The notes beneath the pieces are model-generated. The model was not told where the DNA came from. It saw only the letters and a list, made by a program, of their open reading frames with translations, and made no database searches. A stretch of 32,000 bases of DNA, from contig CAYHAA010000005.1 of NCBI GenBank assembly GCA_964354495.1, positions 30,001 to 62,000 on the forward strand, read 5' to 3'. Within the stretch, counting starts at the first letter, position 1, and every line of letters begins with the position of its first letter. Positions 16,994 to 27,484 of the stretch are shown in pieces. The DNA is from an uncultured archaeon. GTDB taxonomy: Archaea; Asgardarchaeota; Thorarchaeia; Thorarchaeales; Thorarchaeaceae. The translations under genes and the position numbers were made by a program.

Positions 16994-18805
16994 ATGAAGA
17001 AGAGCACTGGATCATTCTACACGCCTCAAGACTTGGCTGTCCTAATTGCTAATGAGACTCTGAATAGATGGCTTGCTAGAAGGGGAGGCATACTCAACTC
17101 TGATGTCAGTAATCTCTCAGAGTTGGACCAAGCTTTGCAAATGCGTCTATTGGAACTCGTGAAGGACATACGAATCCTAGACCCAGCTGTTGGTGGCGGG
17201 GCATTCCTTCTCGCTGCCGCTGATTGGTTGAATACCGTGAGATTTGCTCTAGGAGATGTACTGACTGCGCCTGAGAAACGATACGACATTGTGAAAAACT
17301 CACTCTATGGTGTTGATCTAGTCAACCTGGCAGTAGACACGTGCAAGAGAAATCTTGTGACATGGAGTAATCAGGAAGTCGCCAAGGAGCCAATCCTCAA
17401 GGCAAGGGATTTGACAAGAATAAGGCAAGGGAACAGCCTTGTCGGTGTCGTCGAAGGGGCGGATTCTGCAAATCATGCCTCAAAAGAGGCCGTTGATGAC
17501 GCAGCCGCATTTGATTGGCCCACAGAGTTCAGTGAAGTCATGCATTCTGAAGAACCTGGATTTGATGTTATTCTTGGCAACCCTCCGTACGGAAATCTGC
17601 TGAATACTTGCGAACGACAGCACATCCAAACCACTTACCCTTTCAACGTAGGAGGCGGACGCGATGGTTCCTGGAATTGTGCAGCTCATTTTATTGTCCG
17701 TTCGAGAGCGCTCATGAAGAATGGCGGTCATCTCGGTCTCTTAGTCCCGAATAGCATTCTTAGAGTGAATCAGTTCAGTAAGACTAGAAGATTCCTTCTT
17801 GATGAGATGTGCCTATGGAAGATTGTTGATGAAGGCAGTCCCTTTGAAGGTGTAACACTTGAAATGGTCAGCCTCTTCTGCGAGGCGACCAATGACTGCC
17901 TGCATACTCAGATTGAGATTGAATCGCGAAGGCCTGGTCATGAACAATCCAATAGAGTAGAAGTCGAAGCACTAAGGGGGAGCAGGATATTCTCTATCTA
18001 CCATGATCCTCTGTTCTCAATGATTCTGAGAAAGGGAAAGCGAAACATGCTCACCGCTAACCGTGGCAGAGATATTCCAAAGGAACATGTCAGTGACGTA
18101 AGAACCAATGAATTCAAGATTCCTTACATAACAAGCGGTAGAAGTGTCGGAAGATACAGGATTGACACGCGGCGGCAAATCTATACCGACAATTGGTTCA
18201 GGCGAGACAAGAGGTTGACAGAGTCGTTTGAGAACAGGTTTCTGGTTGCCACCAAGAATCTCAGGTATCCGAGATGCGTAATGAAACCGACAGGCGTCAT
18301 TCATGGTGGAGGAATCGTAAGAATCGCTCCAAGCAATGGAGGTATTGATGGAGAGGTGGTTGGACTCATTCTGAATTCGCGACTCGTTCAGTACATATGC
18401 ATGCGATATCTGACGAACTACTCTCAGCTCACAACTTGCCTCAACACAGGCATCATGGATGATCTTCCTCTTGTCATCCCTGCTCGTCCTAATGTCTACG
18501 CAACGCTATTCGACGCACTCACAAATCTGTATGCACATGCAGATGATGCATGGTTTGAGAATTGTAGAAACAACTTCGAACGTCTTGTTGATGCAATAGT
18601 CTATGAGCTCTACTTCTGCAAAGACCATGGGTTGGAGGAATCGCTGGCAACAACATTACCAGAACGGTTCGACTCTATTGCGCTCTGCAATCTCTTGAAG
18701 GAGAGAAGAATAGCCAATAGAGTTGGAGATATAATGAAGATGCCAGCTGTCAAACAGATTGAGGAGAGACTTGATGCCACTAAGGAGGCGCCTCTTAGAT
18801 ACTGA
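16994..18805 (+). CDS. N6-adenine DNA methyltransferase (Eco57I/TaqI-like gamma group) with a C-terminal target-recognition domain
   Basis: GSFYTP, ILDPAVGGGAFL (motif I), YGVDL, IRQGNSL, FDVILGNPPYG (motif IV); TaqI_C-like C-terminus (GLILNSRLVQY). No nuclease domain is seen. The start may be at 16934. Confidence 0.92.
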   Translation: MKKSTGSFYTPQDLAVLIANETLNRWLARRGGILNSDVSNLSELDQALQMRLLELVKDIRILDPAVGGGAFLLAAADWLNTVRFALGDVLTAPEKRYDIVKNSLYGVDLVNLAVDTCKRNLVTWSNQEVAKEPILKARDLTRIRQGNSLVGVVEGADSANHASKEAVDDAAAFDWPTEFSEVMHSEEPGFDVILGNPPYGNLLNTCERQHIQTTYPFNVGGGRDGSWNCAAHFIVRSRALMKNGGHLGLLVPNSILRVNQFSKTRRFLLDEMCLWKIVDEGSPFEGVTLEMVSLFCEATNDCLHTQIEIESRRPGHEQSNRVEVEALRGSRIFSIYHDPLFSMILRKGKRNMLTANRGRDIPKEHVSDVRTNEFKIPYITSGRSVGRYRIDTRRQIYTDNWFRRDKRLTESFENRFLVATKNLRYPRCVMKPTGVIHGGGIVRIAPSNGGIDGEVVGLILNSRLVQYICMRYLTNYSQLTTCLNTGIMDDLPLVIPARPNVYATLFDALTNLYAHADDAWFENCRNNFERLVDAIVYELYFCKDHGLEESLATTLPERFDSIALCNLLKERRIANRVGDIMKMPAVKQIEERLDATKEAPLRY

Positions 18806-18844
18806 TGCTTAAATACAGAACTTGTCCCTTCATCAAGACTCAGA

Positions 18845-19453
18845 ATGCACGAAGACAAGGAATCCCCGGATTTGGCCGAAGAGATTGTTGATGCGATTGA
18901 CGAGGAGGCAGATGTTGACCAAGCAGGCGATGGCCTCACAAAACGTGAACGTCATATTGAATCGAAGAGAATGTCTGAGAGAGAGAGAAAGGCAGAAGAA
19001 CTGCGAAAGCAGCTTCGAAAGCGAAGTCTCGGTCTTCTCAACTATCGATGGCCTGCAATGATGCTGATTTTCAGCGGAATCATGGCAATCATGAGCAATT
19101 TCCTACAAGTAATGACGCGGCTTGAAGGAGTACCTCCGGAAGTAGGATTCAACACCTTCATTGACGCATTCCTAATTACGTGGGGAGTCTTCTTTCTCTT
19201 TCCAATGATAGCAGGGTCTTTCATGATTGTGCTCAGCTATTTTGCCTACAGAACTCCAAAAGCTACTTGGCTTGCCCTTATTCCCTCATTGATGCTATTC
19301 ATGGCCGGAGGCACAGTGTATTTTCTAGTGACTTTCGCTGTTTCAGCCCAACCAGAATTGACCGGTCTCCTCTATGCGACTGGTGTGCCACTCTCCATGT
19401 TCATTGCAGGTGGCATTGCACTACTGGCAATTTACATGCGAGAAAGAGAATAG
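18845..19453 (+). CDS. Membrane protein with an acidic, charged N-terminal tail and about 4 TM helices
   Basis: N-terminal 60 aa rich in D/E/K/R, followed by hydrophobic helices. Confidence 0.75.
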   Translation: MHEDKESPDLAEEIVDAIDEEADVDQAGDGLTKRERHIESKRMSERERKAEELRKQLRKRSLGLLNYRWPAMMLIFSGIMAIMSNFLQVMTRLEGVPPEVGFNTFIDAFLITWGVFFLFPMIAGSFMIVLSYFAYRTPKATWLALIPSLMLFMAGGTVYFLVTFAVSAQPELTGLLYATGVPLSMFIAGGIALLAIYMRERE

Positions 19454-20023
19454 CTAATCCCTCAGAAAGTCATCCAGTCTGCCTTCTTCCTCGAGCATTT
19501 CCATCCAGTCGATGCGGATGGGAGCAGTCTCAGACTTGAGAAGCTCCTCTATCCTTGATGCCACTTCGGGAGGACTGAGACTAGTTGTATCAATCTCATA
19601 TACCATGTCTTCACCAAAAGCATCAAGAGCATCCAGCTGGCAAACTCCAAGGACCTCAGCTTCTACGTTTTCATCTACTTTCGCCTTTGAGTACCCACGT
19701 TCCAGAAGGCGTTCTCTGAGGATCTGTGGATGCGTTCTCAAGACGACTGCAATCTCAACTGAATCATAGGGAACAAGATCAACATAGTGGCCTTCGATGA
19801 TAATTCTCTTACTCCTATCATCGACAACATCAAGGATGGCCTCCACTAGGCAATCCTCATTGATGATACCGGTGTCGCGTGCTTTGTCTTGTGCAGTGAT
19901 GCATCCTTCCCGTTCAGCAAGTTCACCAAGTGAGACAATTTGACAAGTCAGTCTACTTCCCAGAATCTTGGCAATCTTCGTCTTGCCTGTTCCAGGAGTT
20001 CCTCCAATAACTATAGCGGGCAT
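19454..20023 (-). CDS. AK6: AK6/Fap7/hCINAP-family nucleoside monophosphate kinase
   Basis: GGTPGTGKT P-loop, IIIEGHY (hhhDxH-like), LRERLLERGYSKAKVDENVEAE. Confidence 0.92.
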   Translation of the reverse strand: MPAIVIGGTPGTGKTKIAKILGSRLTCQIVSLGELAEREGCITAQDKARDTGIINEDCLVEAILDVVDDRSKRIIIEGHYVDLVPYDSVEIAVVLRTHPQILRERLLERGYSKAKVDENVEAEVLGVCQLDALDAFGEDMVYEIDTTSLSPPEVASRIEELLKSETAPIRIDWMEMLEEEGRLDDFLRD

Positions 20024-20151
20024 GGTCAGAAGTCAATTAGGCTACAAGATAAGGTTTGAGTCAGTCTATGATAGTAGAACTTGTGGGATATGTAACCTTT
20101 CATAACTGATAAAAGAAGTACTAATCGCAGATTTGAAATAGAAACCAGAGA

Positions 20152-20676
20152 GTGAGAAACACGACAGAGGCCTACAGCATCCGGCAGTTCGTCACCGATG
20201 ACATGAGGCAGGTAGTCCACATCAACAAAGAGTGTCTTCCTGAGAACTATCCTGACCAGTTCTTCTTGGGTTTGCACTACCACGCTCCAAAGGCATTCCT
20301 TATCGCTGAGCTCGACCGAAAAGTCGTAGGCTATATCATGTGCAGGATTGAGAGAGGCATCTCATCATTTGGACGGTTGCCAGTCAAGAGGGGACACATC
20401 GTTTCTGTCGCAGTGATTCCCACTGTCAGGCATCAGGGAATTGGAACTGCAATCATCAAAGCTGGCATGAATGCCATGGAGGAATATGGCGCTGCAGAGT
20501 TCTTCCTTGAAGTACGAAAGAGCAACGAATCAGCGGTTTCCGTATATGAGTCACTTGGATATGAGATTCGTCGTGTTCTCCGCGGCTACTATCGCGATGG
20601 TGAAGATGCGTATCTCATGGTCGCCAAGGCAGAGTCAGCTCCTCAGGATGAGACGCATGATGAAGAATTCAATTGA
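20152..20676 (+). CDS. ard1: Archaeal N-terminal acetyltransferase (Ard1/Naa10-like GNAT)
   Basis: CLPENYP, VVGYIMCRIE, GHIVSVAV..RHQGIG, LEVRKSN, YYRDGEDAYLM. Confidence 0.92.
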   Translation: MRNTTEAYSIRQFVTDDMRQVVHINKECLPENYPDQFFLGLHYHAPKAFLIAELDRKVVGYIMCRIERGISSFGRLPVKRGHIVSVAVIPTVRHQGIGTAIIKAGMNAMEEYGAAEFFLEVRKSNESAVSVYESLGYEIRRVLRGYYRDGEDAYLMVAKAESAPQDETHDEEFN

Positions 20677-21607
20677 AGTTCCACTCATCCCGGATTGCGC
20701 GCCATGCATCATGAGCAGTCTCAAGATTCTGGTGCCCCTCCTGGCACAAGATTTCGATACTCAGGCGAAGTACTTTGCTTTTGCCTTCAAGGCTCTTTCT
20801 GAAGGCTACGCGCGGAAAACACCACCAGTTCAGCTGTCCATCGGCATCTATCGGGACCTCTATACTCGAGCGGGCATAAGAGACCCCTATGTCGATATCA
20901 AAAGGGCCAGTACCAAAGCTGCACTCAGGGCACTGCCTGCAATTGAAGAGAGTATAAGGTGCTTGAAGGGATATGCTCGCCTCCGTGCATGCCTGGCTTC
21001 AGCCATAACTGGGAATGTGATCGATTTCAATACTGCAGGTCACAAACCAGACCTTGAAAGATTGACTGAAACATTCGAGGGCATAATGAAGACGGGTTTT
21101 GCTGTTGACGACTCGGAACACCTCTGGAAGACGCTGGAGTCAAAGCACGGAAAATTGCTGTATTTAGCAGACAACGCGGGAGAAGTGATTCTTGACATTC
21201 CTTTGCTCCGTTTGGTTAGGAGTCTAGGTTGGAAAACCACTCTCATTGTCAAAGGAAGACCAATGATCAATGATGCAACAGTTGAAGACGTTCGTGAAAC
21301 TGAGATTGAGGTTTTGGCAGATATAGAGGACAATGGTGCTTGGGCGCATGGAGTTCCAATTCAGTTTGTGGGCAAGAAGTTCCTGCGCCGCGTGGCCGAA
21401 AGTGACCTTGTCATTTCGAAAGGTCAAGCAAACATTGAAACCTTTCCCGAAATCCAGATTCAGACCAATGTCGAAACATACTATGTTACTCGTGCCAAAT
21501 GTGCACATATCTCACAGGCAGTCGGAGCCAAGAAAGATGACAATGTGGTCCTGCGGCAACCCAAACCAGAAGCCATATTCTCAAGAATGGACAACGATAT
21601 GTGTTGA
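20660..21607 (+). CDS. DUF89/ARMT1-like damage-control phosphatase
   Basis: DCAPC N-terminus, GNVIDF, DNAGEVILD, KGRPMINDAT, ISKGQANIETF; overlaps the ard1 3' end. Confidence 0.92.
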   Translation: MKNSIEVPLIPDCAPCIMSSLKILVPLLAQDFDTQAKYFAFAFKALSEGYARKTPPVQLSIGIYRDLYTRAGIRDPYVDIKRASTKAALRALPAIEESIRCLKGYARLRACLASAITGNVIDFNTAGHKPDLERLTETFEGIMKTGFAVDDSEHLWKTLESKHGKLLYLADNAGEVILDIPLLRLVRSLGWKTTLIVKGRPMINDATVEDVRETEIEVLADIEDNGAWAHGVPIQFVGKKFLRRVAESDLVISKGQANIETFPEIQIQTNVETYYVTRAKCAHISQAVGAKKDDNVVLRQPKPEAIFSRMDNDMC

Positions 21608-21633
21608 CAATTCAAACATGTAAGGGGATCTAA

Positions 21634-21894
21634 ATGCCAGTAGGCGGGTTTTTTGACGGAAAGTTCCTCATAATTGACATACATAAGTACCCAAAAGTTC
21701 AACTAAAAGGTGAGGGAGTTGTTGAGATAGAGAGCGAGAACAGCAATCTACGCCTGTATTTTGATGGGGCAGATATCATGTGGATTGAGCACAAACTACG
21801 GGACATCAAGATAAGTAGCATCAATGCTACTAATTCTTTCATAGAAGATATGGATGCAAAAATCACCATCTATTTGAATGAAGAATATGAGTGA
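21634..21894 (+). CDS. Small hypothetical beta-rich protein
   Basis: 86-aa ORF co-oriented with DUF89, visibly AT-richer than its neighbours. Confidence 0.5.
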   Translation: MPVGGFFDGKFLIIDIHKYPKVQLKGEGVVEIESENSNLRLYFDGADIMWIEHKLRDIKISSINATNSFIEDMDAKITIYLNEEYE

Positions 21895-22092
21895 TTCGAA
21901 TATTGAAGTGTCTGCACCGTGCTGTCGATAGAACAACGCTCTCAGCACACGCCCCGTCAATATCAAATAGGAACTTTGTCCGGTCGTTCGATAGCCTGTA
22001 GTGTGCTACGGTCAACCTCGACTATCGTAACGTCAATGTAGGTCAATCTCCGAATCATTCATGACTCGTCGAAACACGGCTTGAAAGTAACG

Positions 22093-22101
22093 TTTTTAAA
22101 G
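22093..22101 (+). promoter_or_regulatory. Putative TATA box upstream of the thermosome gene
   Basis: TTTTTAAAG preceded by GAAAGTAACG. Confidence 0.45.
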
Positions 22102-22196
22102 CCAAAAGACGCGAAGCGCTTGTACACTTTTATTTGAGCTGGCAAGGGTAGTGCGAAATCTTCGTGCTACCTGACCAGTGAATGGAGGAACTGATA

Positions 22197-23837
22197 ATGA
22201 GTCAACAAATACCGGTGATTGTACTGAAGGAAGACACCGAGAGAACTCGCGGTCGTGATGCGCAGAGAAACAACATCATGGCTGCAATCGTTATTGCTGA
22301 GGCTGTGAAGAGCGCGCTTGGACCAAAGGGTATGGATAAGATGCTCGTCGATAGCTTCGGAGATGTGACGGTCAGCAACGATGGCGCAACAATACTGAAG
22401 GAAATGGATGTTGCCCATCCAGCTGCGAAGATGGTTATTGAAGTAGCCAAGACAGTGGATGCTGAAGTCGGCGATGGCACAACTACTGCGGCTATCCTGA
22501 CGGGCGACCTTCTGAAACAGGCAGAAACATTACTGGATCAGAAGATACACCCCACGACAATCATCAGTGGTTATCGAAAGGCAGCCAACAAGGCACTCGA
22601 GGTAATTGATTCAGTTGCAGAGACTGTGGATCCTGCAGCAGCCGACTACAGGAAGATTCTCATTGACGTAGCCAGGACATCAATGTCAAGCAAGTTTGCA
22701 TCTACTTACCGTGAGCCACTAGCCAAGTTGGTTGTTGATGCAGTACTAGCTATCAGAAAAGACTTGCCTGAGGGCGAGGAGTTGGATGTTGAGAATATTC
22801 CACGGCAAAAACAAGTCGGAATGTCTGTAGACCATACCGAGCTGGTCAAAGGACTCGTGCTTGACAAGGAGATTATCCATGCTGGGATGCCAAAGAGATT
22901 GGAGAACGCGAAGATACTCCTGCTTGAGTCAGCTCTGGAAATAGAGAAGACGGAATTGACTGCCAAGGTCTCAATCACAGACCCAAGTGGCATGCAGAGT
23001 TTCCTCCAAGAAGAAGAACGCATGCTAAAGAGTATGGTCGACAAAATCGTCCAGTCTGGTGCGAATGTTGTGATCGCCCAGAAGGGCATTGACGATGTCG
23101 TTCAGCACTTCTTGGCAAAGAAGGGAATCATGGCTGTACGACGGATAAAGAAGTCAGACGTTGAAAGAGTTCATGAAACAACTGGAGCTGCAATTGTGTC
23201 AAAAATCCAGAACCTCACTTCTTCTGACTTGGGTAAGGCAAAGCTTGTTGAAGAGAGAACGGTCGGCGACGATAAGATGCTGTTCATAGAGGGCACTCCA
23301 AAATCAAGTGTCGTAACACTTCTCGTAAGGGGTGGAACTGACCACATTGTTGATGAGGTAGACCGTGCACTCAATGATGCTCTCCACGTAGTCGCTGATG
23401 TTGTCAAGCATCCACAGATAACCTACGGTGGTGGCGCTCTTGCAGCAGAAATCTCCATGAAACTCAGAGAGTATGCAACAACTCTTGAGGGCCGTGAGCA
23501 GTACGCTGCAAATGCCTTTGCGGATGCGATCGAATCACTGCCAACGACTCTTGCTGAGAACGCAGGGATGGACCCCATTGACGTAATTGTGAATCTGAGA
23601 AAGAGCCACACAGAGGGTCACATGTACCATGGTATCAATATGAACCTGATGAAGGTTGGCGATATGAAGAAAGCAAAAGTCATCGAGCCTGCAATAGTCA
23701 ACAAGCAGATTATCATGTCAGCATCTGAAGCTGCTCAGATGATACTGAAGATCGATGATGTCATCAGCTCAAAGGGAGCACCCAGTGCTGGCGGTGGCGC
23801 CCCTGGCGGCGACCATGAGGGCGGCGATGACGAATAG
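22197..23837 (+). CDS. Thermosome (group II chaperonin) subunit
   Basis: [30 protein letters not shown] motifs; GGAGG RBS at 22184-22188 before ATG 22197. Confidence 0.97.
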   Translation: MSQQIPVIVLKEDTERTRGRDAQRNNIMAAIVIAEAVKSALGPKGMDKMLVDSFGDVTVSNDGATILKEMDVAHPAAKMVIEVAKTVDAEVGDGTTTAAILTGDLLKQAETLLDQKIHPTTIISGYRKAANKALEVIDSVAETVDPAAADYRKILIDVARTSMSSKFASTYREPLAKLVVDAVLAIRKDLPEGEELDVENIPRQKQVGMSVDHTELVKGLVLDKEIIHAGMPKRLENAKILLLESALEIEKTELTAKVSITDPSGMQSFLQEEERMLKSMVDKIVQSGANVVIAQKGIDDVVQHFLAKKGIMAVRRIKKSDVERVHETTGAAIVSKIQNLTSSDLGKAKLVEERTVGDDKMLFIEGTPKSSVVTLLVRGGTDHIVDEVDRALNDALHVVADVVKHPQITYGGGALAAEISMKLREYATTLEGREQYAANAFADAIESLPTTLAENAGMDPIDVIVNLRKSHTEGHMYHGINMNLMKVGDMKKAKVIEPAIVNKQIIMSASEAAQMILKIDDVISSKGAPSAGGGAPGGDHEGGDDE

Positions 23838-23873
23838 AAAGAGTCAAACGTGGAATAGTATCGGGTGTTGCTC

Positions 23874-24539
23874 ATGTCAGACGGCCCAGAAAAGGACGAA
23901 AACGAGACTGAGGAGGACCTTACTCTAGAAGAGATAGCCTCTCTTCTGAGCAATATAAGTGGTGTCGGACCAAAGACAGCTCAGAAGCTGGCGCAATCTG
24001 GTTATGACTCCATCGAAAAGGTAGCTCAGGCTCAGAAGGAAAAGCTTGCAGAGGCAGTAGCAGGCCTCAGCGAGTCAAAGGCTGAAGCAGTGATTACTGA
24101 AGCCATCGCGCTTGTCGAAAAAATCGAGTCTGGAGCCGTCGAACTGAGCGGCAAGGCTAAGTCAAAAAGGAAGAAGGCTCCAGAGCCTGAACCCGAACGA
24201 CATGAGCTAGCACCGATAGAGGCAATAACTCGGGCTGAAGAGCGAAAGAACCTTGTCACTGGTTATGACGAGGACAAAGCTGCCCTTGGAATCACCATTG
24301 GTCCGAAGTGGCTAACGAAGTACGAAAAGGCTCGGATTATCGGGGCGCGTGCGCTCCAAATATCCATGGGAGCTCCAGTCATGATCGAAGTGCCTGCCGC
24401 TCCTAGGGGACGCTTTGGATTCGCTGAGGAAGAGCTTCGGGCAGGGGTCTTACCAATGACTGTACGAAGAACTCTACCTACCGGCGAGTACAGTGACATA
24501 CCTCTCTCAGTCTTGCTGAAGAACACGAAGTTGGATTAA
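23874..24539 (+). CDS. rpoK: RNA polymerase subunit Rpo6/RpoK with an N-terminal helix-hairpin-helix domain
   Basis: C-terminal [22 protein letters not shown]...[10 protein letters not shown] (Rpo6/RPB6); N-terminal [24 protein letters not shown]...[11 protein letters not shown] (HhH). Confidence 0.93.
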   Translation: MSDGPEKDENETEEDLTLEEIASLLSNISGVGPKTAQKLAQSGYDSIEKVAQAQKEKLAEAVAGLSESKAEAVITEAIALVEKIESGAVELSGKAKSKRKKAPEPEPERHELAPIEAITRAEERKNLVTGYDEDKAALGITIGPKWLTKYEKARIIGARALQISMGAPVMIEVPAAPRGRFGFAEEELRAGVLPMTVRRTLPTGEYSDIPLSVLLKNTKLD

Positions 24540-24625
24540 GTCCATCCTCCTTCCCTCTTTCCATCTGATTCATCATACGACGCCTTAAAAGAGAATGGGC
24601 GCTCAAGTAGTAGTCCTAGTGGTGA

Positions 24626-25948
24626 TTGAGTTTGCAGGAACTTCTAGCAAGTGCCGACCTAATCATGAAAGCCCTCTTAGGGTTCGCAGTGGGGGCGCTT
24701 ATCGGGCTTGAACGGCAGAAAAAACTAGAAGCGAGCAGGACAGCAGGTGTACGCACTTTTGGTCTGCACAGCCTCTTGGGAACTATGACTGCCTACATGT
24801 CTGTCTGGATAGACAATCCTGTCATTCTCATCTACGGTGTAGCCATCTCGGTCATCCTTGTAGCTTCTCAGGTCTACTACAAGCTATTCAGGACCATGGG
24901 CAAAGGATTGACAACGCCCTTGGTGTTTTCAATGTCCTTTGTACTTGGCGTGCTCGTCGGATATGACGTTCCCATCCCAGGTCAGCCTTTTGGAATACTC
25001 TCAATCTTCTCAATGACAGTTTCATTTCTAGTGTTTCTAGTCTTGGGCTTCAAAGAGGAACTCGCCCATGCAATCGAGGGCATTGCGCGAGATGAGATGA
25101 TCAGCGCAGTCGAGCTGGCCGTAATAATCCTCTTCGTTTGGCCCCTAGTTCCCCAGACAATCCAACTGGGAGTCATCGAGTTCCCTGCATTCCAAGCCTA
25201 TTTCCTGATTGTTGTACTACTGACAGTCAAGTTCGCAAACTACTTGATGGTCAAGAAATACAAGGACAAAGGAGTCTACTTCTTTGGCATTTTCGGAGGT
25301 TTGGCTAATAGTGAGGCAGCAGTGTCGAGTCTGACAGACTTCTATGTGAAAGAAGGAAGGCGCGGAGCGGGCAAGATTGCGGTCGCTACAAACCTCGCAA
25401 ATATATCTATGACGCTGAGAAACGGATTCATCCTGCTTATCATAGACAGAACTCTATGGCTCCTCAGACTCTACATTGGCGTCATGGTAATTCTGATACT
25501 CATCAGCATGCTTCGAATGATTCAGGAAGCCAGAGCAGAAGAGAATGCAACTAAGACGTTGTACGATATCAAGCTTGTTTCACCTTTTGAACTTGGACCG
25601 GCACTGCGGTTTGGAGCCATCTTCTCAGGAGTATACCTAGTTCAATTGTTCTTCACCCAGACATTCAGTGGCACAGGACTTATCATTGCTGCCTTCTTCG
25701 GAGGTCTAGTATCAGCAGGTGCGGTGGTTGCTAGCTCCGCAGCAATATTCATGACCAATCCAGCGCTGTATCCCGAGGCGTCTGCCGCTATTGTCATTGC
25801 AACCATAGTAGCAGTGTTAAACAAGATGATCTATGTCTATTTTGCTGATAGAGAAACCGGATTAGTGAAGACTGTTGCAAGAGACTCCATCATCATTGCA
25901 TCATTCCTGACAATATACTTGTTACTGCATATCTTGGGCTACATCTGA
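24626..25948 (+). CDS. MgtC/SapB-family + DUF4010 polytopic membrane protein
   Basis: GALIGLERQ...AGVRTF (MgtC motif), FFGIFGGLANSEA, FFGGLVSA; many TM helices. Confidence 0.88.
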   Translation: MSLQELLASADLIMKALLGFAVGALIGLERQKKLEASRTAGVRTFGLHSLLGTMTAYMSVWIDNPVILIYGVAISVILVASQVYYKLFRTMGKGLTTPLVFSMSFVLGVLVGYDVPIPGQPFGILSIFSMTVSFLVFLVLGFKEELAHAIEGIARDEMISAVELAVIILFVWPLVPQTIQLGVIEFPAFQAYFLIVVLLTVKFANYLMVKKYKDKGVYFFGIFGGLANSEAAVSSLTDFYVKEGRRGAGKIAVATNLANISMTLRNGFILLIIDRTLWLLRLYIGVMVILILISMLRMIQEARAEENATKTLYDIKLVSPFELGPALRFGAIFSGVYLVQLFFTQTFSGTGLIIAAFFGGLVSAGAVVASSAAIFMTNPALYPEASAAIVIATIVAVLNKMIYVYFADRETGLVKTVARDSIIIASFLTIYLLLHILGYI

Positions 25949-26112
25949 AACACCAGTGACTGCTCAACGCAAGACTTAAAGTCAAACAGGATGGAGAGAA
26001 CTACGGTGACAAATACGATAGTTGGTGGATTTGTTCATCGGTAATGTCGATGATTACAATGATGTTTCCGCTACCTACATCTGTTACCGGAATGAGTTTT
26101 GGAGGACCACTG

Positions 26113-27435
26113 ATGAGTGAAATGAGAACAGTACGAGGTATGAGAGACCTCTACGGACCCGAAATGAGGGTTAGAGACTACCTCATTGAAACAGCAGTCG
26201 ATGTCTTCAAGAAATACAGCTATGAGCCGCTAGACTCTCCGGTAATGGAACTGTGGGAAACACTCTCAGCAAAGGGTGGAGAAGATGTTGAAGCTGAGAC
26301 TTTCAAATTCTTAGATAAGGGTGAACGCGAAGTCGGACTGAGATTCGACTTGACAGTGCCCCTTGCTAGAATAGTGGCTACGAACCCTCATCTCCCAAAG
26401 CCCTTCAAGCGATACGCTGTGGGAAAGGCCTGGAGATACGATAGACCTCAGGCTGGAAGATATCGAGAGTTCGAACAAGCAGATGTCGACATAGTTGGCG
26501 CTTCGAGTCCTGCGGCAGATGCAGAGGTAATTCTCGTCGCCTTGGAATTCCTTAGAAGGGTGTTCGGAAAAGACTATGTCATCAAAATCAATAATCGAAA
26601 GGTGCTGAAGGGACTCACAGAGAAGGCAGGTATTCCCGACAGTCTCGCCTTCGAGTGCTTCAGAGCAATTGACAAGCTTGACAAGATTGGTCGAGATGGT
26701 GTTCTAGAAGAATTAAGGACAAGACGCATTGGAAAGAGAGAGAGTGACTTTCTGCTTGATGCCATAGCAATAAAGGGCTCTGGCGTAGCAGCTCTAGATG
26801 AGTTCAAGGATTTGCTTTCGGGCTCCAAAATAGGCATTGAAGGCGTCGATGAGCTGGTACTCATGGCCGAAATCTTTGAAGACGCCGGAGTCAAAGATGT
26901 CACCGCCTTCGACATGTCATTGGCGAGAGGTCTCGACTACTACACAGGCCCAGTGTTTGAAGGTCGATACCTCGGAGAGCCAGACGTTGGTTCTATTCTT
27001 GGAGGCGGCCGATACGACCATCTGATTGAGAAGTTTGGAGGACCCTCCACACCTGCAACTGGCATCTCTCTTGGTATTGGCAGAATGATAGAGGTGGTCA
27101 TGGCACTGGGAATCGGTAAGGACCTTGTTCCCGGGCTGGATGTATACATCGCTCCTCTGAAACGCTCAATGGTACGATATGCAATGGCTCTTCAGGAAGA
27201 CCTAGTCAAGCAAGGAATTGCCTGCGAGGTTGATATAATGGATAGACCTCTCAAGAAGTCACTTGAAGAGGCCGATATCAAGAATGCAAAACGGACCGTG
27301 ATCATTGGCGAGCGGGATGTGCAGAATGGAGAGGTGAGCATTCGGGATATGGCCAACAAGTCAACAGAACAGGTGAAGATAACAGCCTCTGCGAAATTCA
27401 TCAAGAAGGCACTAAGAAAGCGAAGTGATGGGTAG
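26113..27435 (+). CDS. hisS: Histidyl-tRNA synthetase
   Basis: VRGMRDL, LRFDLTVPLAR, WRYDRPQAGRYREFEQ, LARGLDYYTG, GGGRYD; GGAGG RBS at 26101. Confidence 0.97.
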   Translation: MSEMRTVRGMRDLYGPEMRVRDYLIETAVDVFKKYSYEPLDSPVMELWETLSAKGGEDVEAETFKFLDKGEREVGLRFDLTVPLARIVATNPHLPKPFKRYAVGKAWRYDRPQAGRYREFEQADVDIVGASSPAADAEVILVALEFLRRVFGKDYVIKINNRKVLKGLTEKAGIPDSLAFECFRAIDKLDKIGRDGVLEELRTRRIGKRESDFLLDAIAIKGSGVAALDEFKDLLSGSKIGIEGVDELVLMAEIFEDAGVKDVTAFDMSLARGLDYYTGPVFEGRYLGEPDVGSILGGGRYDHLIEKFGGPSTPATGISLGIGRMIEVVMALGIGKDLVPGLDVYIAPLKRSMVRYAMALQEDLVKQGIACEVDIMDRPLKKSLEEADIKNAKRTVIIGERDVQNGEVSIRDMANKSTEQVKITASAKFIKKALRKRSDG

Positions 27436-27484
27436 ACCAAAGGCTTTTCTCGTGGAGTGATTATCATACTCCACGGGAGAGCCA

